64,000 bases of DNA from an uncultured Verrucomicrobiae bacterium (GTDB lineage Bacteria > Verrucomicrobiota > Verrucomicrobiia > Chthoniobacterales > JAFAMB01): the NCBI GenBank assembly GCA_963762565.1, contig CAVXLD010000008.1, forward strand, positions 36,662-100,661, given 5' to 3'. Below are positions 10,757-23,981 of the stretch, piece after piece. Both the position numbers and the translations under genes were made by a program. Numbering within the stretch: the stretch's first letter is position 1; the number at the start of each line of letters is the position of its first letter. The notes beneath the pieces were generated by a model, which did not search any database, was not told the DNA's origin, and saw only the letters and a list, made by a program, of their open reading frames with translations.

Positions 10757-10980
10757 AACCCAACCGCAGATGGACGCAGATTTACGCAGATAGACTTGGG
10801 CTTCGACTAGTATCCATTCGCAAACACGATTGTAGATTTCTAGATTAGCAGTCCAGTTCTTTTCCAATGAAATCCAGGTGCAGCCTCGCAAGTCGAAGAT
10901 CAAGATCAGTGAAGATGCCTGAGTTGACCGAAGGAACGCTACTTATCTGCGTAAATCTGCGTCCATCTGCGGTTGGGTTT
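10757..10980. repeat. Element with (CGCAGATGGA/CGCAGATTTA) tandem inverted arms
   Basis: aacccaaccgcagatggacgcagatttacgcagata ... tatctgcgtaaatctgcgtccatctgcggttgggtt. Confidence 0.9.
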
Positions 10981-10990
10981 CCGGTTTGTT

Positions 10991-11788
10991 CTACTTCGCG
11001 TTCATTCTTTCCCGGTGCACCGCAATTGGCGATTCTGGCTCAATCGGTCTTAACCAGGGATGAGTTGGAGCGCGTGAAGGCGCCGGCTCCAAATTCCAGG
11101 TATGCGCAATATCTCGCATAATCAAAGCATGATCGAATTCGATGCTTCCTGCTGGGAAATGTTCTTTGTCATCAAAAAAGCTGCTGGAAATGCGGCTAAC
11201 ACGGAACGGCCGAATTTTCCATTCTTTCGCTTCAAGAGCGATTCCTTCCAGGCTCTGCGAATCCTCACTTAGCGAAGATCCTGCATCGACGCACCGAAAG
11301 AAATCTTCTTGTAGACTCTTAAAGCAAGAGGATGACGGCAGTTGAAGGGCATCATCGCCGGAAAAAGTTACCTGCGTGGTCCTATCCAGAGATCGACAGG
11401 CGAATTCGACATGACCTACCGATTCCTCGACCGCGAATCGCGCTTGGTGATATTTCCCGGCGAAAAGCTTTCCTCGTAGGATCGTGCTTAGCCAAAGATC
11501 CGTATCTCGCCGAGCTACGAAGATACCTTGGCGAACTCGACCCGTAGAATCAATCCATTCAGAGACGATCCGATGTACCGCGTTTTCGCTACTGACGCCT
11601 GACCACGCCGGGAGGCCACGAAGCCGGAGCGACTCCAAGCCGACTAAGCTAACGCCGACGATCGCATACCCGTGATACAGTTTCGGATTAAACGATGCCG
11701 GTAGTAGCCGCTTAACTACCTTCGGATCCGCTCGGTAGTTCAGCACCAATCGGCGCTTGATGACACCGCAAAAGATCGGGGTCCTCAT
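10991..11788 (-). CDS. DUF2071 (YqjF-like) family protein
   Basis: GVIKRRLVLNYRADP..SSENAVHRI..EFDHALIMRDIAHTW. Confidence 0.8.
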   Translation of the reverse strand: MRTPIFCGVIKRRLVLNYRADPKVVKRLLPASFNPKLYHGYAIVGVSLVGLESLRLRGLPAWSGVSSENAVHRIVSEWIDSTGRVRQGIFVARRDTDLWLSTILRGKLFAGKYHQARFAVEESVGHVEFACRSLDRTTQVTFSGDDALQLPSSSCFKSLQEDFFRCVDAGSSLSEDSQSLEGIALEAKEWKIRPFRVSRISSSFFDDKEHFPAGSIEFDHALIMRDIAHTWNLEPAPSRAPTHPWLRPIEPESPIAVHRERMNAK

Positions 11789-11849
11789 ACCATATTGTTA
11801 CTGAAAACCGGGTTCGGTCTTTACGCAAGCGGGAGGGCGAAGCCCCTAA

Positions 11850-12237
11850 ATCGTTCTCGTCCTCGTCGTCGTCCTCGTCCTCGAAAAGATTTGGTTTCCG
11901 TGGGGTGGCTTCGATTTTGCGGACAGGCGTCAGGGAGGTTTTTTGTCCGGAAGGGACTACGGGACTCAGCCTGGGGTTTTAACCCCAGGAATACGTTCAA
12001 AGACGCTCCGCCCTGAAGGGGCGGCAGATAGTTGGGACCGGCGGCTCGTCTGGTTTAGCGTTTTACCTATCTGAGGAAGTGATTCTACCGCCCCTTATTT
12101 TATCGACACCTGGGGTTAAAACCCCAGGCTAAGTCCTATAGTCCCTTTGGGACAAAGAGCTGAGAGCTGTCCACAGAATCGATGCCACATCAAGAAACGC
12201 CATCGAGGACGAGGACGACGACGAGGACGAGGACGAT
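11850..12237. repeat. (CTCGTC)n/(GACGAG)n element containing a nested CCTGGGGTTTTAACCCCAGG / CCCTGAAGGGG palindromic element
   Basis: Outer hexamer arms 11850-11884 and 12203-12237; inner element ~11945-12155 with gggacta..cctggggttttaaccccagg and its inverse. Confidence 0.88.
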
Positions 12238-12296
12238 CGGGACCGCTCCTAGAGCGTCAAGGTTGCTCGATCACGATTCCGGCTAATCTTAGCCCC

Positions 12297-12713
12297 GTGA
12301 ACCCGCAAACCCACAAGGCATTAGCCTACGGTACGTTTCGTCTCGCTCTTGGAATCGTTGAATTGATGCACTGCTTAGTCCGGCTCCCGACCCTTGCCGG
12401 TTTTGCCGCTAACATGACGAAGCAGTTCGAGGGGACCATCTTGCCCGGCTGGTTTGTTTATGGGTTCGGTTCCGTGCTGCCGTTCCTCGAAGGTTTGATC
12501 GGACTAGCCCTGATTTTGGGAATGTTTACGCCCTGGGCCCTGACAGCCGCTTCTCTCCTGATGTCGATTCTGATCTTCGGGACCTCCTTGCGCTCCGACT
12601 GGGCCATCGTCGGGCTCCAAATGACTTATGTTCTGGCGTTCTTCATCGCGTTATTTCTACACGAGCATAACCGCTACTCTGTTGACCACCTCTTGCGTCG
12701 GGAGAAAGCGTAA
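12297..12713 (+). CDS. DoxX-family membrane protein
   Basis: 4 TM segments, RLALG..H, LPFLEGLIGLALILG, YSVD tail; GTG start at 12297. Confidence 0.8.
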   Translation: MNPQTHKALAYGTFRLALGIVELMHCLVRLPTLAGFAANMTKQFEGTILPGWFVYGFGSVLPFLEGLIGLALILGMFTPWALTAASLLMSILIFGTSLRSDWAIVGLQMTYVLAFFIALFLHEHNRYSVDHLLRREKA

Positions 12714-12836
12714 CGGCGTATGGGCGAATGGGCGATACGGCGAAAGGGTGATTTGAGGCGCGAAGCGCTGACTAGGCTTTAATCTAGTCAGCGCTTCGCG
12801 CCTCAAGACGCCCATTCGCCGAACGCCGAACGCCGT
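12712..12836. repeat. Palindromic element with GGCGAATG / ACGCCGA tandem arms
   Basis: ttgaggcgcgaagcgctgactag..ctagtcagcgcttcgcgcctcaa perfect hairpin. Confidence 0.88.
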
Positions 12837-12894
12837 GGCCGGCTGGAAAAGAATCGCCTACGGATTGGCGTCCGCGATAGAGTCGCGGCTTACG

Positions 12895-15180
12895 ATGCCG
12901 CAGGTTTTCATTAGCCACTCCAGTCAGGACCGGAGCGCCGCCGAGGAGATTTGCCGGTACTTGGAAGCCGCGGCTATTGCATGCTGGATAGCGCCGCGCA
13001 ATATCAGGCCTGGCTCGGAGTGGACCCAAGGAATCATGGACGGGCTGCAAGCGTGCCCGATCTTTGTCCTGGTGTTCACCACGGCGGCCAACCAATCCAA
13101 GCATGTCCGGCGCGAAGTGGGTAGAGCGTTTGAGCTTGGGCACGAAGTTATTCCGGTGCGGACCGAGGCGGTGGTGCCTTCGACTGAGCTGAGCTACTTC
13201 CTTAACAGCGTGCAATGGTTCGAAGCGATCCGGCCACCGTTAGAGGCGCACCTGGAGGCGCTGCGCCGACAGATCGAGTTTCTCTTACAACGTGGTATTC
13301 AACCCTCGATTGAAACGCCCCTCGCTCCGAGGCGCACCGGGCCGCCGCCTGTCGCGATTGATCGCCCTAAGTCGAAACCCTGGTTGTTGCCTCTGATCGC
13401 AGCGCTCAGTCTCGCCCTGCTCCTGGGACTGGGAACCGCTGCCTGGTTACTACTTAAACCGGCTAAAACCATTGAGGCTACTCCCGCTGCACTCGATCCT
13501 AAGGGCATCGCAGTCTTACCCTTCGAGAATTTGAGCACGGCGAAGGACGATGGCTATTTTGCGGACGGGGTTCAGGAAGAGATCCTCAATGATCTGGCTA
13601 AGCTTGACCAGCTGCGGGTTATCAGCCGCTCGTCGGTGATGCGCTACCGGGCCGCGGACAGCCGTGATTTGCATCAGATTGCGATTATCTTGGGCGTTTC
13701 CAAATTCCTAGAGGGCACGGTGCAGAGAGAAGGTAACCGGGTCCGGATAAGCACCGAGTTGGTCGACGCGCTGACCAACCAAACGCTTTGGGCGGACAGG
13801 TTTGATCGCGATCTAACTGACATTTTTTCGATCCAGAGTGAAGTGGCTCAGACCGTGGCCGGCAAGCTGCAAGCACAGCTGACCGGCGAACAGAAAAAGG
13901 AGATCGATCAAAAACCGACTGAAAACTTGGCGGCTTACGACCTGTATCTGCAAGGCAAAGCGTTGGTCTACAGCGGGTTCATTTCGCCGAGCGACGATAG
14001 TGCGCAAAGTCAGACGCGAGCAGGGATCGCTAAACTCGAACAAGCGATCGGGTTAGATTCACAGTTTGTATTGGCCTACTGCGCTCTAGTCCGAGCGCAC
14101 GACCTTTTGTACTATCGATACGATCCGAACCCAAATGAGCGGGCTGCGGGGGATAAGGCTATTGAACAAGCGCGCCGGCTTGGGCCCAATCTCGCCGAAG
14201 TGCATCTGGCCTATGCGGAACATCTTTACTACTGCTACCGAGACTACGAACGGCTCCGGCCCGAACTAGAACTAGCCAAGCAGGGACTCCCGAATAGCGA
14301 TGAACTCCTCAGCTTGGAAGCCTACATCGCGCGCCGGCAAAGTCGGTTTGGCGAAGCCATCGAGCGATTTACTGCGGCCTTGCAAGTTGATCCCACTTCG
14401 CTCGAACTGATCCAGCAATTGGCTTTTTTGCAGGAAGGTTTGCGCCATTGGCCGGAAGCGGAACGTCTGTGGGACCGAGCGATCGAAGCGGCCCCCGACC
14501 ATCCGCAGCAAAGAGAACTAAAAGCCCTTTTCGTTTTCAGAAAGACCGGGAACTTGACGGAATGGAAATCCTTCTTGAGAACCCTGGCGCCCGGGTCCGA
14601 AGGCTACCGCAATTATCTGACGTACAGAATTCGCGTCGCTATTTAAGACGAGCGCGATTGGTCCAGCGCCCGGGCTTACACCCTGGAAATGGGCGATGCG
14701 GACTCCGTTGGCGGCCTTGGTGCTGTGCCTGCCCCGGTGCCGGCCAAGCTGTTTTTGATTAGGATCGCCAGTCTGGCCGGGGGCAACCTGGAGACTGACG
14801 AGTTCCGCCGCCTGCGCGAAAGCTTTGCTCAGCGGGTTGCGGCCTCCTCCGACGATCCCGTGCTCCTCTCCCAGTTGTCCCTTCTAGACGTTCTGCTTGG
14901 ACACAAGGCGCAAGCGATAGCGGAGGCAGAGAAAGCAGCTCAACTGCTGCCGCTGACCAAGGATCCCATCGACGGGGTAGATCTGCAGGTCGACTTAGCC
15001 GCGGTGTTAGCGCGGTCAGGAGAGCTCGATCGCGCTTTCCAACTGCTCGAGCGAGTCACTGACGGGGCCTATTTTATTAGCCCTTCCTACGGCAACTTTC
15101 TTGTCGATCCGCTCTGGGACCCGTTGCGGAATGATCCACGCTACGCGACGATCCTGGCGAAGCTGAAACCCAAAGAGTAG
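12895..15180 (+). CDS. TIR-domain / TM / TolB-like / TPR protein (1-nt frameshift near 14645)
   Basis: VFISHSSQDR..WIAPRNIRPG..SKHVRREV TIR; TM WLLPLIAAL..; IAVLPFENLS..FADGVQEEIL TolB-like; TPRs; C-terminal DPLWDPLRNDPRY in ORF 14689-15180. Confidence 0.88.
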
Positions 15181-15293
15181 GAGTTCAGTAGTTCAGGAGG
15201 ATTCCAGGAGTACGAAGAGCGAACAAGTAGTGCCCAGTCGGCTGGAAAAGAGTCGCCTCCGGATCGGCGTTGGCGATAGAGTCGCAGCTTACA

Positions 15294-17295
<2,002 letters not shown>

Positions 17296-17566
17296 GCAGT
17301 AAGCGAGTAAGCAGAAGATTTTAGCAGCTAGGAGCCGCCGTCGGCGTAGAGGTACCGGACCGATAGGTCCTATCGAAGGTGAGGAGGGGCTATCGGGCCG
17401 TATTTTTTGATGTTTACTGGGCTGGGTGTGTCACCACCAAACATTCTGCTAACCGCTTACTGTTTCACCACTCTACGATGACGCCCGCGCACGGCTCGGC
17501 GCGCGAATTGGCGTGGCGAACGACAAAGGCTCGATCAGTAGCTGATGAGCCTTTACGGAGTGGTTT

Positions 17567-18439
17567 TCAGTTGGGCGCGATTGCCCGCCGCCCTACACAA
17601 ACGCTCCGGTGTTCCCGACCCCAAGTCTCGAACGTCTGTCCCGGCCGTCCGGTCAGTCTTTCCACCTCTTTGGTTTGAAAGGCGGCACTCTGCGCGCGTA
17701 CCTGTCTCCAAAGCTGGGCCAAACTTTCCACTAAGACTTCAGGAACTCCACTTGCGATGGCTCGCTCGGATGCCACCTCGACCGGGATATCGACACATTC
17801 AATCGGTTTACCGATGATTTTGCTGAGGATCTGCACTTGATCCGGCGTACTCAATACTTCTGGGCCGGTTAAATCGTAGGCATTTCCTTCGTGTCCGGAA
17901 GAGGTCAGCGCAATTGCTGCTACCGCCGCGATGTCGTACGGAGAAATCGGCGCAGTCTTTCCGTCTCCCATCGGGTTGAATACCTTAGATTGCGATTTGA
18001 TGGTACCGGCCCATTGAAAGGTGTTGGACATAAATCCGCCGGGCCGAAGAAAGGTCCAAGGTAAACCAGTATTTTCGACTAATTGTTCCTTCTCTCGGTG
18101 TAATCGACCGATTGCATTACCCTCCATCCGAACCGCTCCACTGGAGATCATTACCATTTGCCGAACGCCGGCTGGTTTCGCTTGTTCGATGAGAAGGCGA
18201 TCTGCTCCGTGGTCCTTGTCGAACAGGACGGGAAGAATGAATACTTGATCGGCGCCCTGCAATGCTTTGCTGACCACCGCTGGATCCTGGCGATCCCCAA
18301 TCACTCGTTCAATACCAGGGTCGAGATGGGAAACCCTTTTTTCGTCACGAGTGATGACGCGGACGGGGATTTTCTTCAGCAAAAGTAGTTTAACCAGTTC
18401 AGAGCCAATATTGCCGGTAGCACCAGTAACGAGAATCAT
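17567..18439 (-). CDS. NmrA-like NAD(P)H-binding SDR oxidoreductase
   Basis: MILVTGATGNIG Rossmann motif, WTFLRPGGFMSN, YDLTGPE. Confidence 0.93.
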   Translation of the reverse strand: MILVTGATGNIGSELVKLLLLKKIPVRVITRDEKRVSHLDPGIERVIGDRQDPAVVSKALQGADQVFILPVLFDKDHGADRLLIEQAKPAGVRQMVMISSGAVRMEGNAIGRLHREKEQLVENTGLPWTFLRPGGFMSNTFQWAGTIKSQSKVFNPMGDGKTAPISPYDIAAVAAIALTSSGHEGNAYDLTGPEVLSTPDQVQILSKIIGKPIECVDIPVEVASERAIASGVPEVLVESLAQLWRQVRAQSAAFQTKEVERLTGRPGQTFETWGREHRSVCVGRRAIAPN

Positions 18440-18509
18440 AGGGATGCACTCCTTTGTTAGCGTTCAGGGAAGTAAGGCCAGTATAAGTGACCCGTCAATC
18501 AATAATTAG

Positions 18510-18790
18510 GTAGGGCGAGGCTCCGGATCTTCCGTAAAAAGTGAGCGGAGCGGTTTACGCTCATGGAATCCGCAGCGGCCAGCAACAAATGGTTGCCGAG
18601 CCGGGGGCCAGGATTTGGCATCAGCTAGCGCGATGAATAGGCGGAGAAATCGGGGGTTAGTCGAATAAGTGCGGGGGTGGTGCATCGTGGGCACGGCTCG
18701 GCGCACGCGGTGGCCAAAACCGTCAAAATCTTGCTTCAGCGCCATAGCCCCTGGAGAACCGCCAACTACGTGCAGGAGCCTCGCCCTACC
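18510..18790. repeat. REPIN-like element (GTAGGGCGAGGCTCC...GGAGCCTCGCCCTAC)
   Basis: Inverted REP pair with internal gccgagccg/cggctcggc stem, same family as 7748 and 8798. Confidence 0.85.
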
Positions 18791-18797
18791 GAACTCC

Positions 18798-19406
18798 TTA
18801 GTCAGTCCCAATCCCGTCCCAGATCACCTTCACCAACCTTTTGACGTAACGCCTCTCTTTTGCCGAGCCTTTGCCGTTGCCTAGCATCACCTGCAGAAAA
18901 GCATGATGCCAAAGTGCGCCGATGAATGCTTGAGCCACCACCTCAAAATCCGTGGCCCGGATCCGACCAAGCCGGCTTTCGGCCTTCAAATACGCCGCGA
19001 TCGCCTTGACTGCCTCTAATGCGCGCTCTGCTCGATACTTCCCGGTGATAGCCGCCGACTCCGACTCGGAAAGATTTTCCTGCTTGTTGCTCCACGCCAT
19101 CATCAGCATTGGAATAATCATCAGGAATTTTTCCACGAAAAGAGATCCTACCTCGACCAGCGTCTTCTCCACATCTTTACCCACACTTGAGCGGAGCAGA
19201 GCCGGGATGGTTTGACCCCAATCGCTCTCTTGCATCGCTCTCTGAAAAAGCGCCTGTTTTGTCTTGAACCGTTTGAAAACGATGCCGTGGGAAACGCCAG
19301 CTCTGCTGGCGATTTCGCTGGTCGTCGCGTCCCAGCCTTTTTCTAGAAAAACTTCCCGCGCTGCACGCAGGATAACATCATCTTGAATCGAAACCGGTCT
19401 TGGCAT
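18798..19406 (-). CDS. TetR/AcrR family transcriptional regulator
   Basis: N-terminal HTH ILRAAREVFLEKG..TTSEIASRAGVSHGIVFKRFKTKQALF. Confidence 0.93.
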   Translation of the reverse strand: MPRPVSIQDDVILRAAREVFLEKGWDATTSEIASRAGVSHGIVFKRFKTKQALFQRAMQESDWGQTIPALLRSSVGKDVEKTLVEVGSLFVEKFLMIIPMLMMAWSNKQENLSESESAAITGKYRAERALEAVKAIAAYLKAESRLGRIRATDFEVVAQAFIGALWHHAFLQVMLGNGKGSAKERRYVKRLVKVIWDGIGTD

Positions 19407-19424
19407 TAAAGGCTGGAGTAGCCT

Positions 19425-20450
19425 TAATTAGAGTTTAAGGTTGTATAATATTATTTATAATAATTAGGGTGGATAGAGTTGAGATAAGTAGTTGGGTATG
19501 GAAGTTGGTTATAAGTTGATAAGTTTAGATAATAGTTTTTGGTTTTTAGGTTAGATTTAGTTGTTTAGATATTAGAGAGGATTAGAGAATGTGTTAGCAA
19601 GAAAGAGCATGAGATGATAGCAACAAGGAAGATTTTGCTGCGAAGTATTTCAAAAAGAATATTAGAGCTATAGGAAATAGATAGGTTATAGATATTGTTT
19701 CAATACGCGATGGAATAAGAGAATGAGAAATAAGGAGATAAGGAGTGAAAAAGGGTTTAGAAGATATGAACAAAGAAGGTAAGTTAAAGTAAAGGTGGCA
19801 AAGTAAATAAGACAAAGAGAATAAGATAAAGTAAAAAAGTTAGAAATAGCTTTACTAAGAAGGCTTCTACTATAGCGCAATTAGTTGCAGAAGAATATGG
19901 ACATAGACTTTCTATAAGATAGAACAACACAGCGCTAGGAAGATTCTCTGATCAAAAAGCGAAACAGTATGGCTTGCAGAGTAACTGGCATATCACTAAT
20001 CTCATCGAGAAATAGAGTGCTATGATCGGCATCTCGAATGAGTCCGCGGGAGCCCGCGACGGCTGCCGGTAAAAGCGCGTATAGATAGAGAAAGAGTTCA
20101 GATAAGATTAAAGTCTAAGGGAGAGCAGTGAAATAAAAGGAGACGAATTTACCTTTGAGGCAGCTAACAGCATGCACATGCAGGGCTAGAAGCTCTTTGA
20201 CGGACTCTGTTAGAAGAGAATGAAGATGGGTATTTTATAAGGAATGGCTTCTTAAGATTAGGATCGCATCTAAAACTCGGGGATCTTCACAAACGAATGA
20301 GGGCTGAACACTAACCTGACGCCGTTTCTTTTCCAGATAAGCACTGCGGATCGTGACCGGAGAATAGGGCAGATTTGAGAGAAGCACGTTGTAAGTGCTG
20401 CCTTTGTGATCGGTTAATTGTCCAGATCCGGTTGCAGCTGTCTCTGCCAG
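19425..20450. other. C-depleted, AT/AG-rich degraded sequence (probable low-quality consensus) where the 3' part of the sigma54 activator is expected
   Basis: No C from ~19425 to ~19596, gradual return to normal composition; no credible ORF. Confidence 0.7.
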
Positions 20451-20481
20451 AAAACGATCAAAAGATTTAGAAAGACTGCTT

Positions 20482-21293
20482 CTAAGGGTTGCCCCGGGGA
20501 GACGGCAGATCTTGAAGGAAGAACCGAGCTTGGCGGTTAGCCGCTACAAGATTGCCCTCCCAATCCAGCGCAATCAGGCCGGCTTCCAAAGTGTGAACGA
20601 ATTCGTGGCGATTGTGAAACTGTAAGATGAGGTGACGGCTGAGGTTATGACGAAAAATTTCCGCTTCGATATGCAGGGCTGACATACGAATGAGCGCCAC
20701 GGTGTGAACTTGCAGGGCATGACAATCAGAGGAGGAGTCAACGACACCAATCAATCGGTAGTTATGATAGAATACAGGGCTGGCAATGCAGGTCAAGGTA
20801 CAGTTGTAGCAGAAGAAGTGTTCAGACGCGTGGACCACTGACGCCGTCTGGGTGAACGAGACGCAGCTGAGTGCGTTCGTTCCTAGAGCTGTTTCTCTCC
20901 AAAGCGATCCAGGAATGATCTGGGTTAGGCGCGCCAAGCGGAGAAAGGATGAGTAGGCTACGTCTCTAAAATGATCGCGCTCGGCGTAGCGAATGCCACC
21001 ATGAAATTTGAGCGGCAATCTGCGAATAAAGATTCGGACCTCCATTTTCGCAATTGCGTAGAGGTCGGTGTACTGTTCCCGGAGATCCTTAAGGTCAGAG
21101 GTTGAAATTGGCGGGACATCCGGTGGTGACACTGGATCCAGGCTGGCATCAAGACAGCGCTGCATGAGTCACGAACTTCAGGCAGAATAGATACATCCGG
21201 AATCTCGCTGACCTGTTTGGAAAGGAGATATTCTCGGACCTGATGTTCGGTGACAGGGACTAAACGGCGCTGCTCCTGTTCTTGAGGGGGCAT
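20482..21293 (-). CDS. Sigma54-dependent activator with GAF domain (AcoR/MimR-like), N-terminal half, frameshifted
   Basis: EVRDS(W)QRCLDA.LDP.., PGSLWRETALGTNAL, VHASEHFF..LTCIASPVF..GVVD.SSD, LAALDW-like PAS segment. Confidence 0.75.
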
Positions 21294-21360
21294 GGACGGC
21301 TCTTACAGCCTAGGCGTAGAGAAGGGAAAATCAAATTGGGTTCATTCCGTGCAGAGCAAA

Positions 21361-21478
21361 GGGAGGGCGCGCGTCCCCGCGCGCCGTGAACAGGTCTGCA
21401 TCGTTGACATAACAGAACGCACAATCCGGTCTGCACTGGGCTTCGCGAACGAAAGATCGAGGGGACGCGATCTCTCCC
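21361..21478. repeat. GGGAGGGCGCGCGTCCCCGCGCGCCG REP-type doublet
   Basis: 26-nt match (inverted) to the end of the 46198-46319 element. Confidence 0.8.
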
Positions 21479-21615
21479 ACGTCGAGGGGCGGCTGTTCCA
21501 ACCAACCATGTTCTCTGCCGCGGACATGTTCGTTCTTGAACAGCGCGATACGGGCTCTATCTGTTTGCGGCATTTGCTCCCAGGCGACGCTGATCATGGA
21601 GATAGGCCAATGGCC

Positions 21616-21632
21616 TTGGCATACAAGCTGCT
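21616..21632 (+). promoter_or_regulatory. Sigma54 (-24/-12) promoter for the ADH operon
   Basis: TTGGCATACAAGCTGCT = GG-N10-GC, ~40 nt upstream of ATG 21671 and divergent from an enhancer-binding protein. Confidence 0.75.
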
Positions 21633-21670
21633 GTCTGTATCAGCCACTTTCGTTACCCCCCGTCTATCCT

Positions 21671-22706
21671 ATGAAAGCCGCTGTTCTTCACCAATACGAT
21701 ACTAAGCTCTAAAGTAAAGAGTACGTGACTTTAGAGGACGTACCAGAACAGAAGATCCCAAAAACCGAAGAGATTTGCGAATGGAGGGGAAGGTGTTTGT
21801 AGCACCGATCTACATATAGTAGAAGGTATATGGCGTGAGAAGGTGGATGTGAAACTGCCCTATGTGATGGGACATGAAAACGCCGGTTGGATAGAAGAGG
21901 TAGGAAAAGGAGTCACCGAATTTAAGCGCGGTGACTAGGTCATTTGCCATCCCTTAATCACGAATTGCTTCGCGCTTGCTTCTCGTCGAGGAGACGATAT
22001 GCACGTCGCAGGAAGTGAGTTTACCGGGATCAGCACAAATGGCGGTTACGCTGAATTGCTGCGAACGGGCGTTGGTTCGCTGATTAAGCTGCCGCAAACC
22101 TTGGCTCCCAAAGATGTCGCTCCGCACGCGGACGCGGCCTGACCGCATATCATGTGGGCAAAAAAGCGGCTCGACATCTAAGTCCAGGCGAACGTGTAGT
22201 CGTCATCGGCGTTGGTGGTCTTGGTCATATCGGAATCCAGGTCCTAGCTGCTTTGCTCAGCCGATATTATCGCGGTCGATCGTTCTGAGGCAGCGCTTTC
22301 CCTGGCCAAGGAGTGTGGCGCTCGTCATCTGGTCAAGGCGGACGAACACCAAGTCGAAGCCGTCCGTGATTTAACTGACGGTAAAGGAGCTGAGGCGGTG
22401 ATCGATTTTGTCGGGGAAGGCGGTTCCATTGACAACGGCTTGGCCATGACCCGGAACAACGGCGCCTATTACATAGTCGGTTACGGCGGTGAAATCCGCA
22501 TCACCGCTATTGATATGATCACCACCGAAAGACGGATTATCGGTAACCTGGTAGGCACTTACTCTGAGTTGGTCGAGCTAATGGAGCTGGCTAACCGCGG
22601 ACAAGTTAATTTGGCCACCCAATATTATAAACTGTCCGATGCCAACACCGCGCTGCACGATCTGCATCACGGCAAGGTGAGGGGGCGGGCAGTATTGATG
22701 CCCTAG
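21671..22706 (+). CDS. Zn-dependent NAD(P) alcohol dehydrogenase (MDR), multiple frameshifts
   Basis: MKAAVLHQYD start; LPYVMGHENAGW; GVGGLGHIGIQ; C-terminal IDFVGEGG..NLVGTYSELVELM..GRAVLMP. Confidence 0.85.
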
Positions 22707-22794
22707 GCGGAAGCCATTCTATTTATGGCACAGGACACTAAGCAATCAGGCGAAAACTAATAACCCCAGAACTAACAACCTCTACTAATTCATC

Positions 22795-23816
22795 ATGTTT
22801 ACTACCAAGTCCGGCGAAAAGATATTCGTTGTCGATGGGCATGTTCATTTGTGGGATGGCAGCGATGAGAACATCAAGAATCGATACGGCGAAGAATTCA
22901 TTAAGTGCTTTTACGACTATCACAAACTAAGTCCAAAAGAGTACGTTTGGCCGTATAAGAAATATCAGAAGTACACCGACGAGGATTTCGAGCAGGACAT
23001 CTTCCAAAACGGATATGTCGATTTCGCCATCTTCAACCCTCAGTACCTCGGCGATTTTTACCACAATGGGTTCTCGAGCCTGGAACGAAACGAGACCTTC
23101 CGAAAAAAGCATCCGGATCGAGTGATCGCCAACGGGTTCTGGGATCCGCGCAACGAAGAGGCCGGCCTCAAACAGCTGGAAAAAGACGTGGAGAAGTACA
23201 GCTGGAAAGGTATCAAACTGTATACTGCGGAATGGAAGGGAGAATCGAAAGGCTGGAAGCTGACTGATCCCTGGTCGTATCGTTATTTGGAGAAATCACA
23301 AGAGTTAGGCATCAAAAACATCCACGTGCACAAAGGGCCAACGATCTGGCCGCTGAATAAGGATGCATTCGATGTGGGCGACGTCGACGAAGTGGCTTCC
23401 TTATTCCCTGATTTGAATTTCATTGTTGAGCATTGCGGTTTGCCCCGTCTAAACGATTTCACCTTTATCGCGGCCCAGGAACCAAATGGCATGCGGAACT
23501 GGCCGAGCGATTCCCATCATCATACCGGCCTCGTTATTTCAGCGAGATAATGAGCGAATTGCTCTTTTGGTTAGGGCCGGATCGGATTCTTTTCGGAAGC
23601 GATTACGCCTTGTGGCAGCCGAAATGGATAATCGAGAAATTTATGGATCTGGAGTTGCCCGAAGACCTGGCTGCTGAAACCGGCCAGATAACGATGGAGA
23701 TGAAGAAGAAGATTCTGGGAGAGAATGCAGCCCGGCTCTATAACATTCGCGGAGCGTCGGGTGCCAAGAGATCCGAGGCTGGCGAACCGGTTCGTAAGCC
23801 TGCGCCGGTTGCCTAA
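22795..23816 (+). CDS. Amidohydrolase_2 family protein (frameshift near 23490-23530)
   Basis: VDGHVH, GIKLYTAEW, HVHKGPT, IVEHCG, ILFGSDY, KILGENAARLY. Confidence 0.9.
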
Positions 23817-23826
23817 TAGACAATTT

Positions 23827-23978
23827 TCGTCCTCGTCCTCGAAACGGCGACGAGGTGTCATCCATGACTGCTGACGTTGGCGAGACGAAAACAACCAATA
23901 TTTCAATACTCCGCTACTCCAACACTCCATTTCTCGCGCGTCTCCCGTTCGAGGACGAGGACGACGACGAGGACGATT
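23827..23978. repeat. (CTCGTC)/(GACGAG) element inside the operon, with ACTCC tandem repeats
   Basis: tcgtcctcgtcctcga ... tcgaggacgaggacgacgacgaggacgat. Confidence 0.8.
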
Positions 23979-23981
23979 ACG

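Noticed and set aside
10689..11788. Adjacent genes both starting MRTPIF
   Set aside because: Codons differ and the proteins are unrelated; probably coincidence.
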